From: Candidatus Sericytochromatia bacterium
GTDB lineage: Bacteria; Cyanobacteriota; Sericytochromatia; S15B-MN24; UBA4093
Assembly: GCA_036676495.1 (NCBI GenBank)
Contig: JAKFCT010000030.1
Span: forward strand, 23,804 to 87,803
Direction: 5' to 3'
Length of the DNA stretch: 64,000 bases
Shown here one piece after another: positions 48,508 to 58,318 of the stretch. Within the stretch, counting starts at the first letter, position 1. The number at the start of each line of letters is the position of its first letter. Below the pieces are notes generated by a model. The model did no database searches, was not told the origin of the DNA, and saw nothing but the letters and a program-made list of their open reading frames with translations. Both the position numbers and the translations under genes were made by a program.

Positions 48508-49482
48508 TTAGGGAGTGGTCTTCGCGAAGGTATCGATCACCCTCAGCACCGCCGGCCCCAGGGTCACGACGAACATGGCCGGGAAGATGAAGAAGACCAG
48601 CGGGAAGAGCATCTTGATCGGCGCCTTGAGCGCGGCCTCCTGGGCCCGCTGGCGGCGGCGCATGCGCAGGTGGACGCTCTGGGTCCGCAAGACGATGCCG
48701 ATGCCCACCCCGAGCTGATCCGCCTGGATCAGGGCCGCCACCACCCCCTCGAGGTCGGCGACCCCGCAGCGGCGGCTCAGCTCCCGCAGGGCCTCCACCC
48801 GCGGACGGCCCATCCGGATGTCGCTGAGGTATCGCGCGAGCTCCTCGCGGAACTCCCGCCCCGCGTCGTTGTCGCGGCTGGTGATCCGCATCAAGGCCGC
48901 ATCGAAGCTGATGCCCGCCTCCACGCAGGAAGTGATGAGATCCAGCGCGTCCGGCAGCGCCGAGACGATGGCCTCCCGGCGCTGGTTGATCATGCGGGTC
49001 AGCAGCATCCCCGGCCCCGCGAGCCCCAGAAGCCCGACCACCGCCGCGGCAATCAAGGCCGCCCCCGGATTGATGGGGGTGAGCAGCCACCAGACCAACG
49101 GCGCGACGATCACGCCCACAAGACGCAAGGCTAGCATCCCCTGCAACGCGATCGGAGCGTAGATGCCCGCCTGGTGAAGCCGATCCGACAAGACGTTCAC
49201 CTGAGTGCGCGGCGTGAAACGCTCGCCAAGACGTCCCAAGAGAGCGATGGCCGGGGCGATCACCCGCTGAACGAACGGCTGATCGAGGAGTTGCTGGCGC
49301 GACACGTAGCCCCCCGGCGCTCCCTGAACCGCCGCCAAGGCCGCAATGCGGCGATTGACGTCCCGCTCGCGCGTCGTGGCCAAGCCGAAGCCCACCATCG
49401 TGACCGAGGTGACGGCGATGAAGCAGACGGCGGCCATCACGACCGGGTCGGATGCCATGAGTAAGGGTGCGACAAGCATCAT
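48508..49482 (-). CDS. tadC: Tad pilus inner-membrane protein TadC
   Basis: LPDALDLI..CVEAG, MGRPR.EAL, KAPIKMLFPLVFFIFPA. Confidence 0.9.
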   Translation of the reverse strand: MMLVAPLLMASDPVVMAAVCFIAVTSVTMVGFGLATTRERDVNRRIAALAAVQGAPGGYVSRQQLLDQPFVQRVIAPAIALLGRLGERFTPRTQVNVLSDRLHQAGIYAPIALQGMLALRLVGVIVAPLVWWLLTPINPGAALIAAAVVGLLGLAGPGMLLTRMINQRREAIVSALPDALDLITSCVEAGISFDAALMRITSRDNDAGREFREELARYLSDIRMGRPRVEALRELSRRCGVADLEGVVAALIQADQLGVGIGIVLRTQSVHLRMRRRQRAQEAALKAPIKMLFPLVFFIFPAMFVVTLGPAVLRVIDTFAKTTP

Positions 49483-49483
49483 G

Positions 49484-50422
49484 CTAGTACCTCACGTCCA
49501 CGATCTTCATGATCAACATGACGCCCAGGACCTCGGAGACCACGGCCCCGGCGATGAGCATCTGGCCGCGGGGATCCGTGAAGAGGCCCATGATGTAGCC
49601 CGGGCTGATCAGGAAGAAGAGGGCGCCGATTCCCACCGGCAGCGCCGCCAAGACCCATCCCGACAACCGCCCCTGGGCCGTCAGCGCCTGGACCTCGCCC
49701 GCGATGCGGATCCGGTCCCGGATGGTGTCGTGGATGTTTCCCAGGATCTCGCTGAGGTTGCCGCCGGTCTCGCGCTGGATGACCATGGCCTGGACCATCA
49801 GGTCCACGTCGATGGTCCCCACCCGATCGCGGAGGTTCTTCAGGGCCGACTCGGTGGGAACTCCGAAGTTGATCTCGGCGACGGCGGTGCCGAACTCCGT
49901 CGATATGGGGGCGCTCATTTGCCGGGAGACCATCTGGATGGCCTGCAGGAAGGAGTTACCGGCCTTCAGGGAGTTGATGACGAGCATGAGGGCGTCCGGC
50001 AACTGCTCGCTGAAGGCCTTGAGGGTCTTGGTGCGGCGCTGCCGAAGCTGCAAGGTCGGGCCGAGGGATCCCATGGCGGCCACGGCCAGGGCGATCAGCG
50101 GGTGCTGGAAGAGGAAGAAGGCCACGGCCCCGCTGGCGAGTCCCAGCAGGGCGCTGGCGAGCATGAACTCGCCGGGTGTCCAGGCCCATCCCACCTGGTA
50201 GAGCTGCCGATCCAGGCGCTTGGCGATCGCCAGCCCCTTGACCAGCGGATCCACCATCGCGCCCAGCCGGTTGAAGAGCTTGGGCTTGACGCTCGGAGCG
50301 TGCGGCTGCTCCAGCTGGCTGATGCGGCCGTCGATGGCGGCTTCCTGGGGGTTGCCCATCATGCCTCCGAGCGCGAAGACGACGCCCGAGATGCCGATGG
50401 CGAGAATCAGGAAGGTGATCAT
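49484..50422 (-). CDS. tadB: Tad pilus inner-membrane protein TadB
   Basis: QLPDAL....SLKAG, IQRETGGNLSEIL, LTAQGRLS. Confidence 0.9.
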   Translation of the reverse strand: MITFLILAIGISGVVFALGGMMGNPQEAAIDGRISQLEQPHAPSVKPKLFNRLGAMVDPLVKGLAIAKRLDRQLYQVGWAWTPGEFMLASALLGLASGAVAFFLFQHPLIALAVAAMGSLGPTLQLRQRRTKTLKAFSEQLPDALMLVINSLKAGNSFLQAIQMVSRQMSAPISTEFGTAVAEINFGVPTESALKNLRDRVGTIDVDLMVQAMVIQRETGGNLSEILGNIHDTIRDRIRIAGEVQALTAQGRLSGWVLAALPVGIGALFFLISPGYIMGLFTDPRGQMLIAGAVVSEVLGVMLIMKIVDVRY

Positions 50423-51879
50423 GCCCAACCTCCGATCTGGAAGAGATCCACCGGCAGGGGGATGCCCTTGAGCTTCAGCTGGTCGGCGCACTTGGGACGG
50501 ATGCCGGTCGGGCGGTGCGAGCCCACGATCCGGCCGTTCTCGTCCACGCCTTCCCGGACGAAGGTGTAGATGTCCTGGAGCTGGAGGATGTCGCCTTCCA
50601 TGCCCACCACCTCGGTGATGGAGGTGACCCGGCGGGCCCCGTCGGTGGAGCGCTCGATCTGGAGGATCAGGTTGATGGCCGAGGCCGTCTGCTCGCGGAT
50701 GGCGCGCAGCGGCAGGTCCATGCCCGCCATCAGGACCATGGTCTCGAGGCGGGCCAGCGCGTCGCGGGTGGTGTTGGCGTGAATGGTCGCGAGCGATCCC
50801 TCGTGACCGGTGTTCATGGCCTGCAGCATCGCCAGGGCCTCGCCGCCGCGGATCTCACCCAGGATGATGCGATCGGGGCGCATGCGCAGGGAGTTCTTGA
50901 CCAGCTCGGACTGGTCGATGCGGCCCGCTCCTTCCACGTTGGCGGGCCGGGTCTCCAGGCGGATGACGTGATCCTGCTGAAGTTGAAGCTCGGCGGCGTC
51001 CTCGATGGTGATCAGGCGCTCGTGCTCCGGGATGAACGAGGAGAGCACGTTCAACAGCGTCGTCTTACCGGAGCCGGTTCCTCCCGAGATGAGGACGTTG
51101 AGTCGGGCCTCGACGCAGCCCTTGAGGAACTGGGCCATGGCGTCGGTGAGAGAGTTGTACTCGACCAGGCTATCGACCTTGAGCGGATCCTTGCGGAACT
51201 TACGGATGGTGAGGGCGGCTCCATCGATGGCCAAAGGGGGAATGATGGCGTTGACGCGGGAGCCGTCCGGCAGACGGGCGTCGCACATGGGGCTCGACTC
51301 GTCGATTCGGCGGCCGACCCGGCTCACGATGCGATCGATCACCCGGATCAGGTGGGCACCGTCGCTGAAGGTCACGTCCGTCTTCTCGATCCGGCCGCTG
51401 CGCTCGATGTAGACCTTCTGGGGACCGTTGACCATGACTTCCGAGATCGTGTCGTCGGCCAGCAAGGGCTCGATGGGGCCCAGTCCCATCATGTCGTGGA
51501 AGAGCTCCTCGACCATGCGATCGCGCTCGACCCGGCTGACCAGGCGGTTATCCTCGGCCAGGACCTGCTCGAGACCATGCCGGATGGCCTCCTTGATGGC
51601 CTCCGGGCTGCTGGTCTCGTCGAGGTTCTGCGAGCGCATGTTCTCGACGAGCAGGCGATGCACCTTGCCCTTGAGGGCCACGTGAGGATCCGTCTGGGGG
51701 CGAGACGGAGGACGGGCCGCCGGTTTCGCAGCCTCCGCGGGACGGGTGGTGATCGTGACCGCTTCCGGGCGCTGGGCCATGCTGGGAGCGCCAGCCGACG
51801 AAACGGTCGAAGCAGTCGAAGCCTCGGGCGATCCCTTCGGAGCCTCAGGCGCTCCCTTAAGCCGATTGCGTAGGAACAT
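50419..51879 (-). CDS. tadA: Tad pilus ATPase TadA/CpaF
   Basis: GGTGSGKTT, IEDAAEL, LRMRPDRIILGE, AMNTGH. Confidence 0.94.
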   Translation of the reverse strand: MFLRNRLKGAPEAPKGSPEASTASTVSSAGAPSMAQRPEAVTITTRPAEAAKPAARPPSRPQTDPHVALKGKVHRLLVENMRSQNLDETSSPEAIKEAIRHGLEQVLAEDNRLVSRVERDRMVEELFHDMMGLGPIEPLLADDTISEVMVNGPQKVYIERSGRIEKTDVTFSDGAHLIRVIDRIVSRVGRRIDESSPMCDARLPDGSRVNAIIPPLAIDGAALTIRKFRKDPLKVDSLVEYNSLTDAMAQFLKGCVEARLNVLISGGTGSGKTTLLNVLSSFIPEHERLITIEDAAELQLQQDHVIRLETRPANVEGAGRIDQSELVKNSLRMRPDRIILGEIRGGEALAMLQAMNTGHEGSLATIHANTTRDALARLETMVLMAGMDLPLRAIREQTASAINLILQIERSTDGARRVTSITEVVGMEGDILQLQDIYTFVREGVDENGRIVGSHRPTGIRPKCADQLKLKGIPLPVDLFQIGGWA

Positions 51880-53137
51880 CCAACATCCTCCTGACCATGC
51901 GCCAGATCTGCGACAGCGGATTCGAAGCCGCGGGAACCACGGCGACCACTTCCCTGGATTTGGGCTTGGCATACGCCCGAGCGATTTCTTTGACCGACTT
52001 GGCGAACGCCCCGTTGGGCTGGGAAAGCACCAAGGGCTCTCCCGCGTTCACCGAGGCCAGGGCATGCTCGGCTTCCCAGCCGAGACGATGAGACAGGGGG
52101 CGCTGGATGACCCGCTGCGCCGCCTCGGCGGTGACGTCGCTGGGCTGCTGGTAAGCGGCAACCTGAACCTTATCCAGGTCGAGCCCGAGCTCGCCCCAGA
52201 GTTTGAGGCTCTGCTGCAGGGCCCTCAGAGCCGCCATGTCCATGGTCAGCGGCACCAGCACCGTGTCCGCGAGCTCCAGCGCCCGCAGGATGGGCTCGGT
52301 CAGCTGCGCCCCGGTATCGATGACGGTCCAGGCGGAACGGGCCTTGAGGGCCGAGATCGTCCATTCGACGGTCTGGGCCGTGACCAGTTCGGCATCTTCC
52401 GGAGAGGAGGCCGCGGGCAGGATCCGGACGCCGGACTTGGGATGCGTCAGCAGCGCCTGCTCGAGCGCCTCGCCGTCGGCTTTGCCCTCGAGGCGGGCCA
52501 GATCCGAGAGCGACGGGCCCGGCTTGAGGTTGAAGAAAAGGTCGATCGAGCCGAACTGGGGCTCCAGATCCACCAGCGTCACCTCCGCGGCGGAGGCCTC
52601 CCGGAGGGCGACGGCGAGGCTGGCCGACAGGGTGGACTTGCCGCAGCCGCCCCGCGGGGCATGCACCACCACGACCTTGCCTTCCGTGACCGGCATGACG
52701 AGCTGGCCGGTCTGTGCTCCGCGCAGGCGCTGAAGGAAGACCGAGGCGCGCCGCAGGGCGCCGAGCACTTCTTCGGGGTGGTTGAGCACCTCGCGCACTC
52801 CGGCCTGCATGGCATGCGTCATGCCAGCGGAATCGAGCGGGGGGCCGACCAAGATGATCGTGCAAGCCGGCTGGCTCGCGAGAATGGCTTCCGCCGCCCG
52901 CAGCGCCGGATCCAGCGTCCCCTCCCAGCCGATCACCGCGACTTCGGGATTTTGCCCCAGCGCCAGGCCGATCCCCTCCGCGGGACTCTGCGCCTCGCCC
53001 GCGATGACGGCGAGCGGGACCCCAGCAAGGCTGGGGTCCTCCATCACCTTTCGGACCGAGGCGAGCCAGGCCGAGGCCTGCTGGCGATCGGAGCCCGTTG
53101 CGGAGGGCGCAATCAGTAAGGTGCGCAAAGGCTGCAT
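51857..53137 (-). CDS. cpaE: CpaE/TadZ pilus-localisation ATPase
   Basis: Receiver-like N-terminus, APRGGCGKST, DL..QFG. Confidence 0.85.
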   Translation of the reverse strand: MQPLRTLLIAPSATGSDRQQASAWLASVRKVMEDPSLAGVPLAVIAGEAQSPAEGIGLALGQNPEVAVIGWEGTLDPALRAAEAILASQPACTIILVGPPLDSAGMTHAMQAGVREVLNHPEEVLGALRRASVFLQRLRGAQTGQLVMPVTEGKVVVVHAPRGGCGKSTLSASLAVALREASAAEVTLVDLEPQFGSIDLFFNLKPGPSLSDLARLEGKADGEALEQALLTHPKSGVRILPAASSPEDAELVTAQTVEWTISALKARSAWTVIDTGAQLTEPILRALELADTVLVPLTMDMAALRALQQSLKLWGELGLDLDKVQVAAYQQPSDVTAEAAQRVIQRPLSHRLGWEAEHALASVNAGEPLVLSQPNGAFAKSVKEIARAYAKPKSREVVAVVPAASNPLSQIWRMVRRMLDVPTQSA

Positions 53138-53166
53138 GGGATCTCCTTAAAAACGTTGCCGCGGCG

Positions 53167-54129
53167 CTAAATCGCGGGAGTGATGGGGCTCTCGGAATCC
53201 ACCAGCTTGACCGCGTAGTTCAGGCGGGTGCCGATGATCTCGTTGGTGTTGACCCGGTCCATGAAGCGGCCGTAGACCTCGCCCCGGTTGGTGGTGTAGG
53301 TGACGAAGAAGCGGGCGAAGCCGGAGACCTCGACGTTCGAGCGGCCATTGGCGCCGAAGTAGGAGCCCTCGTCGAGCAAGACGACGGTGACCACCCGCGG
53401 GGTGCGCGTGGGGTTGAGGCGAGCCTGCTCGTAGGAGGTCCGGTCGTTGCCGACCAGCTGGTTCACCGCGGTCACGGTGGGGCCGTTCATGTTGCCGGGC
53501 TCGGTGGCGATCATGTCGCCGGCCTTGACCGTGGTCTTCGAGCCGTTCAGGATGGCCTGACGGTAGATGTTGGCCCCGCTGCCGTCGAGCGCCAGGGCCT
53601 GGAAGTTGCCACGAATGGAGTTGCCCGCGCCCTGCTTGAGGACGTACTCGCGGCCGACGCCGAAGTCCGATTCCGGGACTCCCCAGGGGCGCGCGCCGTG
53701 TTGAACCTCGACGCAGTGAAGATCGGCCGAGGCCTGCGCGCCGATGAGGAAGGTGGCGGGCTGAGCCGGGGACTTCGGCTCGGCCTGGGCTTGGCCAGCA
53801 GCCAGCACCCGGCTCACCAGGCTGTCCGTGGGAGAGTCGATGGCCACCGTGACCCGCGAGCCCTTCTCGATCTTCACCTGGCTGGCCGTGATGGGGAAAC
53901 CGTTTTGCTTGGCCAGTTCCTGAGCGGCCACGACGGCCTGCCCCGGGCTGTTGAGGAGCGCCTTCGCTCCGGCCAGGGCCGCGGCGTCGGCCGCGACCTG
54001 CATGCGGGTCCGCTGGTACATCATCAGCCCGGCATCGGTGACCAGGCCTACGAAGACGATCAGCGCCGTCGCGAAGAATGCGGTCGTCACGAGGGTGGAG
54101 CCTCGTTCGTTCTGTCTGCCGTCGCGCAT
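53167..54129 (-). CDS. tadG: TadG-like pseudopilin
   Basis: ERG-S prepilin site, GLVTDAG....R.RMQ.AADAAALAGA. Confidence 0.8.
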   Translation of the reverse strand: MRDGRQNERGSTLVTTAFFATALIVFVGLVTDAGLMMYQRTRMQVAADAAALAGAKALLNSPGQAVVAAQELAKQNGFPITASQVKIEKGSRVTVAIDSPTDSLVSRVLAAGQAQAEPKSPAQPATFLIGAQASADLHCVEVQHGARPWGVPESDFGVGREYVLKQGAGNSIRGNFQALALDGSGANIYRQAILNGSKTTVKAGDMIATEPGNMNGPTVTAVNQLVGNDRTSYEQARLNPTRTPRVVTVVLLDEGSYFGANGRSNVEVSGFARFFVTYTTNRGEVYGRFMDRVNTNEIIGTRLNYAVKLVDSESPITPAI

Positions 54130-54152
54130 GGTTCCTTCCTCCTTGGCGGGGG

Positions 54153-55379
54153 TCACTCCCCGACGAACTCGGGGGTCACCAGAATGGCCAGTTCCGTCTC
54201 GTTCTTCTGGAAGCGGGTGGACTTGAAGAGCTCCCCGATGATGGGGATGTGACCCAAGAGAGGCACGCGCTCGACCGTCTTGCTCTCGATGTTCTGCATG
54301 AGGCCGCCGATGGCGATGCCTTGGCCGGGCGCGAGCACGACCTCGGTCGACGCGCGGCGGGAGCTGATGGCAGGGACCAGGAAGTCGGTGAGGCGCACCG
54401 CGTTGTTGTAGTCCAGGGTGCTCACCTCGGGGCTGACCTTCATCGCGATGCGGCCGTCGTCGAGCACCCTAGGCTCGACCGCGAGCTTGATCCCGTAGGG
54501 CTTCCACTCGAAGGTGACCGTCTGGAGCTGCTGGGCCATGGGAATCGGGATCTCGCCGCCGACCAGGAAGTCGGCCTTGCCGCCCGAGACCGCGACGAGA
54601 TTGGGCTTGGCCAGGATCTTGGCATCGCCGTTCGATTCCATCGCCTTGATGCGGGCCGCGATGCGCTCGTAGATCCCGAAGTACGGCTGATCGACGCCCG
54701 CCGGGCGCTTCATGGTCGAGACGACGGACTCGTCCGGACGCAGCACGTCCTCGCCGGAGGGCAGGCGGTACATCGTGCCCCACTTCACTCCCAGCTCGCT
54801 GGAGGCGTTCTTGTTGAGCTCGACCACCTGGACGTTGACCTGAACCTGCTGGACGTTCGAGGCGGTGAGCAGGTTGATGACCTTGGCCGCGAAGCCGGAG
54901 GCGATCTGCTCGGCCATCTTGACCTGGCTGGTGGTGTTCACCCGGCCGATCAGGATGACGGAATCGCCGGTGATCTCGACGGTGAGGCCCTTGACCTTGA
55001 GGGCCCGCTCGAGGGTGGTCCGGAGGAGGTTGGCGTCGGCGCGTACCAGCACGTCGTAAGAGTAGCGGCCGTTCTTGGTCCAGACGATCAGCGTGGTCGT
55101 GCCGGGCTTCTTGCCGTTGATCAGCACGTCCTTCTTGGAGACCACGGCCACGTCCGCGATATCGGGGTTGGTGATCGAGACCTTGGTGATCTCGTTGCCG
55201 ACCGACAAGACCTGGGACTTGCCCACGGTGACCGGCATCTGATCGTCGGCGGCCGGGGGACGGATGGAGGTGGAGCTGGGGGCAGGGGCGGGGGCCGCCA
55301 AGGCTGCCGGTGCGGGCACGACCGCGAGGGCCATCGACAGGGCCAACAGGCAGCGTGCCGAATTGCGAAGCGTGATCAT
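54153..55379 (-). CDS. rcpA: Tad secretin RcpA/CpaC
   Basis: T2SS_N-like and BON-like N-region, LAKPNLV..SG..A.F.VGGEIP, P.LG.IPIIG.LF, ETELAILVTP. Confidence 0.9.
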   Translation of the reverse strand: MITLRNSARCLLALSMALAVVPAPAALAAPAPAPSSTSIRPPAADDQMPVTVGKSQVLSVGNEITKVSITNPDIADVAVVSKKDVLINGKKPGTTTLIVWTKNGRYSYDVLVRADANLLRTTLERALKVKGLTVEITGDSVILIGRVNTTSQVKMAEQIASGFAAKVINLLTASNVQQVQVNVQVVELNKNASSELGVKWGTMYRLPSGEDVLRPDESVVSTMKRPAGVDQPYFGIYERIAARIKAMESNGDAKILAKPNLVAVSGGKADFLVGGEIPIPMAQQLQTVTFEWKPYGIKLAVEPRVLDDGRIAMKVSPEVSTLDYNNAVRLTDFLVPAISSRRASTEVVLAPGQGIAIGGLMQNIESKTVERVPLLGHIPIIGELFKSTRFQKNETELAILVTPEFVGE

Positions 55380-55392
55380 CAGGGACGCCTTT

Positions 55393-56229
55393 CTATCGGT
55401 AGACCTGCTCGGTGCTCGTGCCGCGGATGACGAGGATGGCCTCGTTGGGCTTGGGAACCGGAACCTTGACGGTGCGGGTGACGGTCTTGCCCGGGGTTTG
55501 CCGGACGACCGTGCGCGTTTTCGGGGCCTTCGGCTTGGACGTCAGGGCCTCGGGGGTGATGCCCGTGGTGGCGACGTCCTCGGACTCGTTGGCCGAGCGC
55601 ATCGCAAGGCGGATCTTGCCGCGGTCGGCGGCCAGGATCAGGACCTCGGACTCCTGGGGAGTGACAGCCAAGGTTGCCGAAGAGACGACCTTCGCCTCTT
55701 GTTCTTCCTTCTTCTCGTAGTCCTGGGCGATCGCCAGCACCTGGATCTTCTGGAGCAGCACCTTGGAAACGGGCTGGTTGTCGATGTCCAGGGTGCCCAC
55801 GACGTCGACCAGCGATCCGGGCTGGACGAAGCCCGCCACGCCCACGACCTCGTCGACCGCGACGGTGACGGCACGCTTGCCCGGCGGCACGGGCAGGACC
55901 ATGGCGGCCTCCTGGCCGGGGGGATAGAACTTGGCGTCGATCATCGCCTCACCCGGGAAGAGCTCGGCCTTGGAGACCCGTCCCACGATCTCTTCCGGCA
56001 ACAGGGCCGCGCCCTGCGGGATGTAGGCGACCGGCCGCGACTCGACCTTGACCTGATCGGGGGTAACCTTGGAGTTGGCGGGAATGGGAGCGGCGGCCAC
56101 CAGGACGGAGCCGGTGGGAACTCCGGCATCGGCTTGCTTGGCCGAGCCGTTCACGTAGTAGAAGAGCGCGCCGCTGGTGGCGAGCCCGAGGGCCGAGGCT
56201 ACCAGAAGGCGCTGGGCTTTCTTCATCAT
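55393..56229 (-). CDS. cpaB: Flp pilus assembly protein CpaB/RcpC
   Basis: SAF domain, GKRAVTV.VD.V.GVAGFVQPG..VDV. Confidence 0.9.
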   Translation of the reverse strand: MMKKAQRLLVASALGLATSGALFYYVNGSAKQADAGVPTGSVLVAAAPIPANSKVTPDQVKVESRPVAYIPQGAALLPEEIVGRVSKAELFPGEAMIDAKFYPPGQEAAMVLPVPPGKRAVTVAVDEVVGVAGFVQPGSLVDVVGTLDIDNQPVSKVLLQKIQVLAIAQDYEKKEEQEAKVVSSATLAVTPQESEVLILAADRGKIRLAMRSANESEDVATTGITPEALTSKPKAPKTRTVVRQTPGKTVTRTVKVPVPKPNEAILVIRGTSTEQVYR

Positions 56230-56609
56230 GGTGTTTCAACCCTCATGACGGCGGCCGCGTTGAGCATCACAGGATTCGGCACTCCGGGGACCGTGAACAG
56301 CAACTGGGCCGGATAGGTCACGTCGACGTTCAGGGAGTCCCCATCAGCGGATTTCAGCGTGGTGATGGCGATCTGCGGTTCCTCTTTGAGCCCCGACTGG
56401 GCCAAGTAAGCCTTGACCGTGTCGCGGACCCTGGATTCCGGGCGACCGAGGGCGCCCAATCGGGCGCCCTCACGGCTCGCATTGGTGACGATCAACTGAG
56501 TGCTGAAGAGGTGTCCGAGACTGAAGACCCCCAGGATCATCGCGAAGATGACCGGAATCACCAGGGCGGTCTCGACCACCGCCTGACCCCGTTCTCGGTC
56601 TCGCGTCAT
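56226..56609 (-). CDS. tadE: TadE pseudopilin
   Basis: RG-QAVVETAL, NASREGAR. Confidence 0.88.
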   Translation of the reverse strand: MTRDRERGQAVVETALVIPVIFAMILGVFSLGHLFSTQLIVTNASREGARLGALGRPESRVRDTVKAYLAQSGLKEEPQIAITTLKSADGDSLNVDVTYPAQLLFTVPGVPNPVMLNAAAVMRVETP

Positions 56610-56630
56610 CGATTCCTCCTCACATCAGAA

Positions 56631-56795
56631 CTACTTCTTCAGGGTGCTGGCGATCGAGTTGAGCATCGACTGGACGTTGGTGCCCATCAGGGTCAGGGCG
56701 CCCACGCAGACCACCGCGATGAGCCCCAGGATCAGGCCGTACTCGGTCAGCGCCTGGCCCTCTTCCTCAACCCAAATCTTCTTCAGCATGGTCAT
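56631..56795 (-). CDS. flp: Flp pilin, copy 2 (not in the ORF track)
   Basis: MTMLKKIWVEEEG-QALTEYGLILGLIAVVCVGALTLMGTNVQSMLNSIASTLKK. AAGGAG RBS. Confidence 0.9.
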   Translation of the reverse strand: MTMLKKIWVEEEGQALTEYGLILGLIAVVCVGALTLMGTNVQSMLNSIASTLKK

Positions 56796-56813
56796 GTCGT
56801 CTCTCCTTCTTCC

Positions 56814-56978
56814 CTACTTCTTGAGGGTGGTCGCGATCGAGTTGAGCATCGACTGGACGTTGGTTCCCATCAGGGTGAGGGCGCCCACGCAGACCACTGC
56901 GATGAGGCCCAGGATCAGGCCGTACTCGGTGAGTGCCTGTCCCTCTTCCTCAACCCAAACCTTCGATAGCATCTCCAT
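56814..56978 (-). CDS. flp: Flp pilin, copy 1
   Basis: MEMLSKVWVEEEG-QALTEYGLILGLIAVVCVGALTLMGTNVQSMLNSIATTLKK. Confidence 0.9.
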   Translation of the reverse strand: MEMLSKVWVEEEGQALTEYGLILGLIAVVCVGALTLMGTNVQSMLNSIATTLKK

Positions 56979-57264
56979 CCGAAGTAATCCTTTCGCACGG
57001 TTCACAGCGTCGCTCAGGGCCCTCGCCCTTGAGGCTGCTTACATAATAAGCAAGGCCATTTGCGCCTAAATCACTCGCGTATTAACCGCAGGTGAATGAT
57101 CCCGAGCTTGCTCTCATCCCCTTGCCCCGAGGAGCGAGCGGCCCATGTGCAATACAAACGCTTGCTTGGGTACATATCTTTTGCTTAGCTGTACAACGCC
57201 CGAAAGCCCCGGCGGCCGCTCCTGCGGCTGGAACCAGGACTATCAGGCGCTCCAAGGAGGATCC

Positions 57265-58191
57265 ATGAGCCGTCGACTTCTAACGACCTGCGCCCTGGCG
57301 GGCTCCATGCTGCTGGGCGGCTGCGCCATCTTCAAGGCTTCCCAGCGCCCGCCTTCCGACGTGACGGTCGAACGTACCCCCGAACGCATCAAGCGCGGCG
57401 AGTACCTCGCCAACCGCGTCATGAACTGCATGGAATGCCACACGGGAGCCGACCCCGTGACCCACGCCCCGAAACCCGAGCTCTTCGGAATGGGCGGCAA
57501 GTACTTCGGCCCCGAGATGGGACTTCCGGGCAAGCTCTACTCCACCAACCTCACCTCGGATGCCAAGACCGGGCTGGGCAACTGGAGCGACGGCGAGATC
57601 CTCCGGGCGATGCGCGAAGGGGTGAGCAAGGACGGTCGCGCCCTCTTCCCCTTGATGCCCTACATGAGCTACCGGACCATGAGCGACGAGGATGCCTACT
57701 CCATCGTCGCCTACCTCCGCACCCTCGAGCCGAAGGAGAACCAGGTGCCCAACCGGTCGCTGGATTTCCCGGTCAGCGTTCTCGTCAACACCATGCCCAA
57801 GCCGCTCGATGGACCGGTCCCTCCCGCTCCGGCGGAAAAAGTCGCCTACGGCCAGTACCTCTTCACCCAGGCCAGCTGCTCGGACTGCCACACCCCCACC
57901 GACAAGGGACAGCCCCTCATGGACAAGTTCGCCGCGGGAGGCATGGAGTTCAAGATGGGCGACCACACGCTCAAGGCCCCCAACATCACTCCCGACCCCG
58001 AGACGGGCATCGGCAAATGGTCGGAGGCCGACGTCAAGAAGGCCCTGCAAACCGGCATGCGGCCTGATGGAAAGACGCTCAGCCCCATCATGCCCTGGCA
58101 GTACTACAACGGCTTGACCGACAAGGACCTCGACGCCATGGTGGCGTACATGCGGACCCTCAAACCCGTCCGAAACGAAATCGCCCGCTAA
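57265..58191 (+). CDS. Dihaem c-type cytochrome lipoprotein
   Basis: Lipobox LGGC, CMECH and CSDCH, N(L/I)T.D..TG.G.WS repeats, MPY/MPW axial Met. Confidence 0.9.
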   Translation: MSRRLLTTCALAGSMLLGGCAIFKASQRPPSDVTVERTPERIKRGEYLANRVMNCMECHTGADPVTHAPKPELFGMGGKYFGPEMGLPGKLYSTNLTSDAKTGLGNWSDGEILRAMREGVSKDGRALFPLMPYMSYRTMSDEDAYSIVAYLRTLEPKENQVPNRSLDFPVSVLVNTMPKPLDGPVPPAPAEKVAYGQYLFTQASCSDCHTPTDKGQPLMDKFAAGGMEFKMGDHTLKAPNITPDPETGIGKWSEADVKKALQTGMRPDGKTLSPIMPWQYYNGLTDKDLDAMVAYMRTLKPVRNEIAR

Positions 58192-58197
58192 GGTGAT

Positions 58198-58237
58198 CAA
58201 CGAAGCGGCGCCCCTCGCTGAGGGGCGCCGCTTCGTT
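58198..58237. terminator. Hairpin between convergent genes
   Basis: AACGAAGCGGCGCCCCTC-GCT-GAGGGGCGCCGCTTCGTT. Confidence 0.55.
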
Positions 58238-58255
58238 CATGGCGGTTCTTGCGGT

Positions 58256-58318
58256 CTAGCGCCCGCGGCTGTTGCGAAAGGCAGCGTAACTGTCCTGCAG
58301 AAACGTCTTTCACACTAA
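58256..58318. repeat. CTAG-bounded ~63-bp dispersed repeat, copy B
   Basis: 47 of the first 50 nt are identical to copy C. Its end supplies the NHL gene stop. Confidence 0.75.

Noticed and set aside
57030-57060. TTATGTAA as a dif site for the nearby XerC
   Set aside because: Only a XerD-like half matches. There is no XerC arm ending in ATAA at 6-bp spacing.
58256-58318. Repeat as a self-cleaving ribozyme (hammerhead, twister-sister, pistol)
   Set aside because: The conserved catalytic cores could not be matched by eye on either strand.
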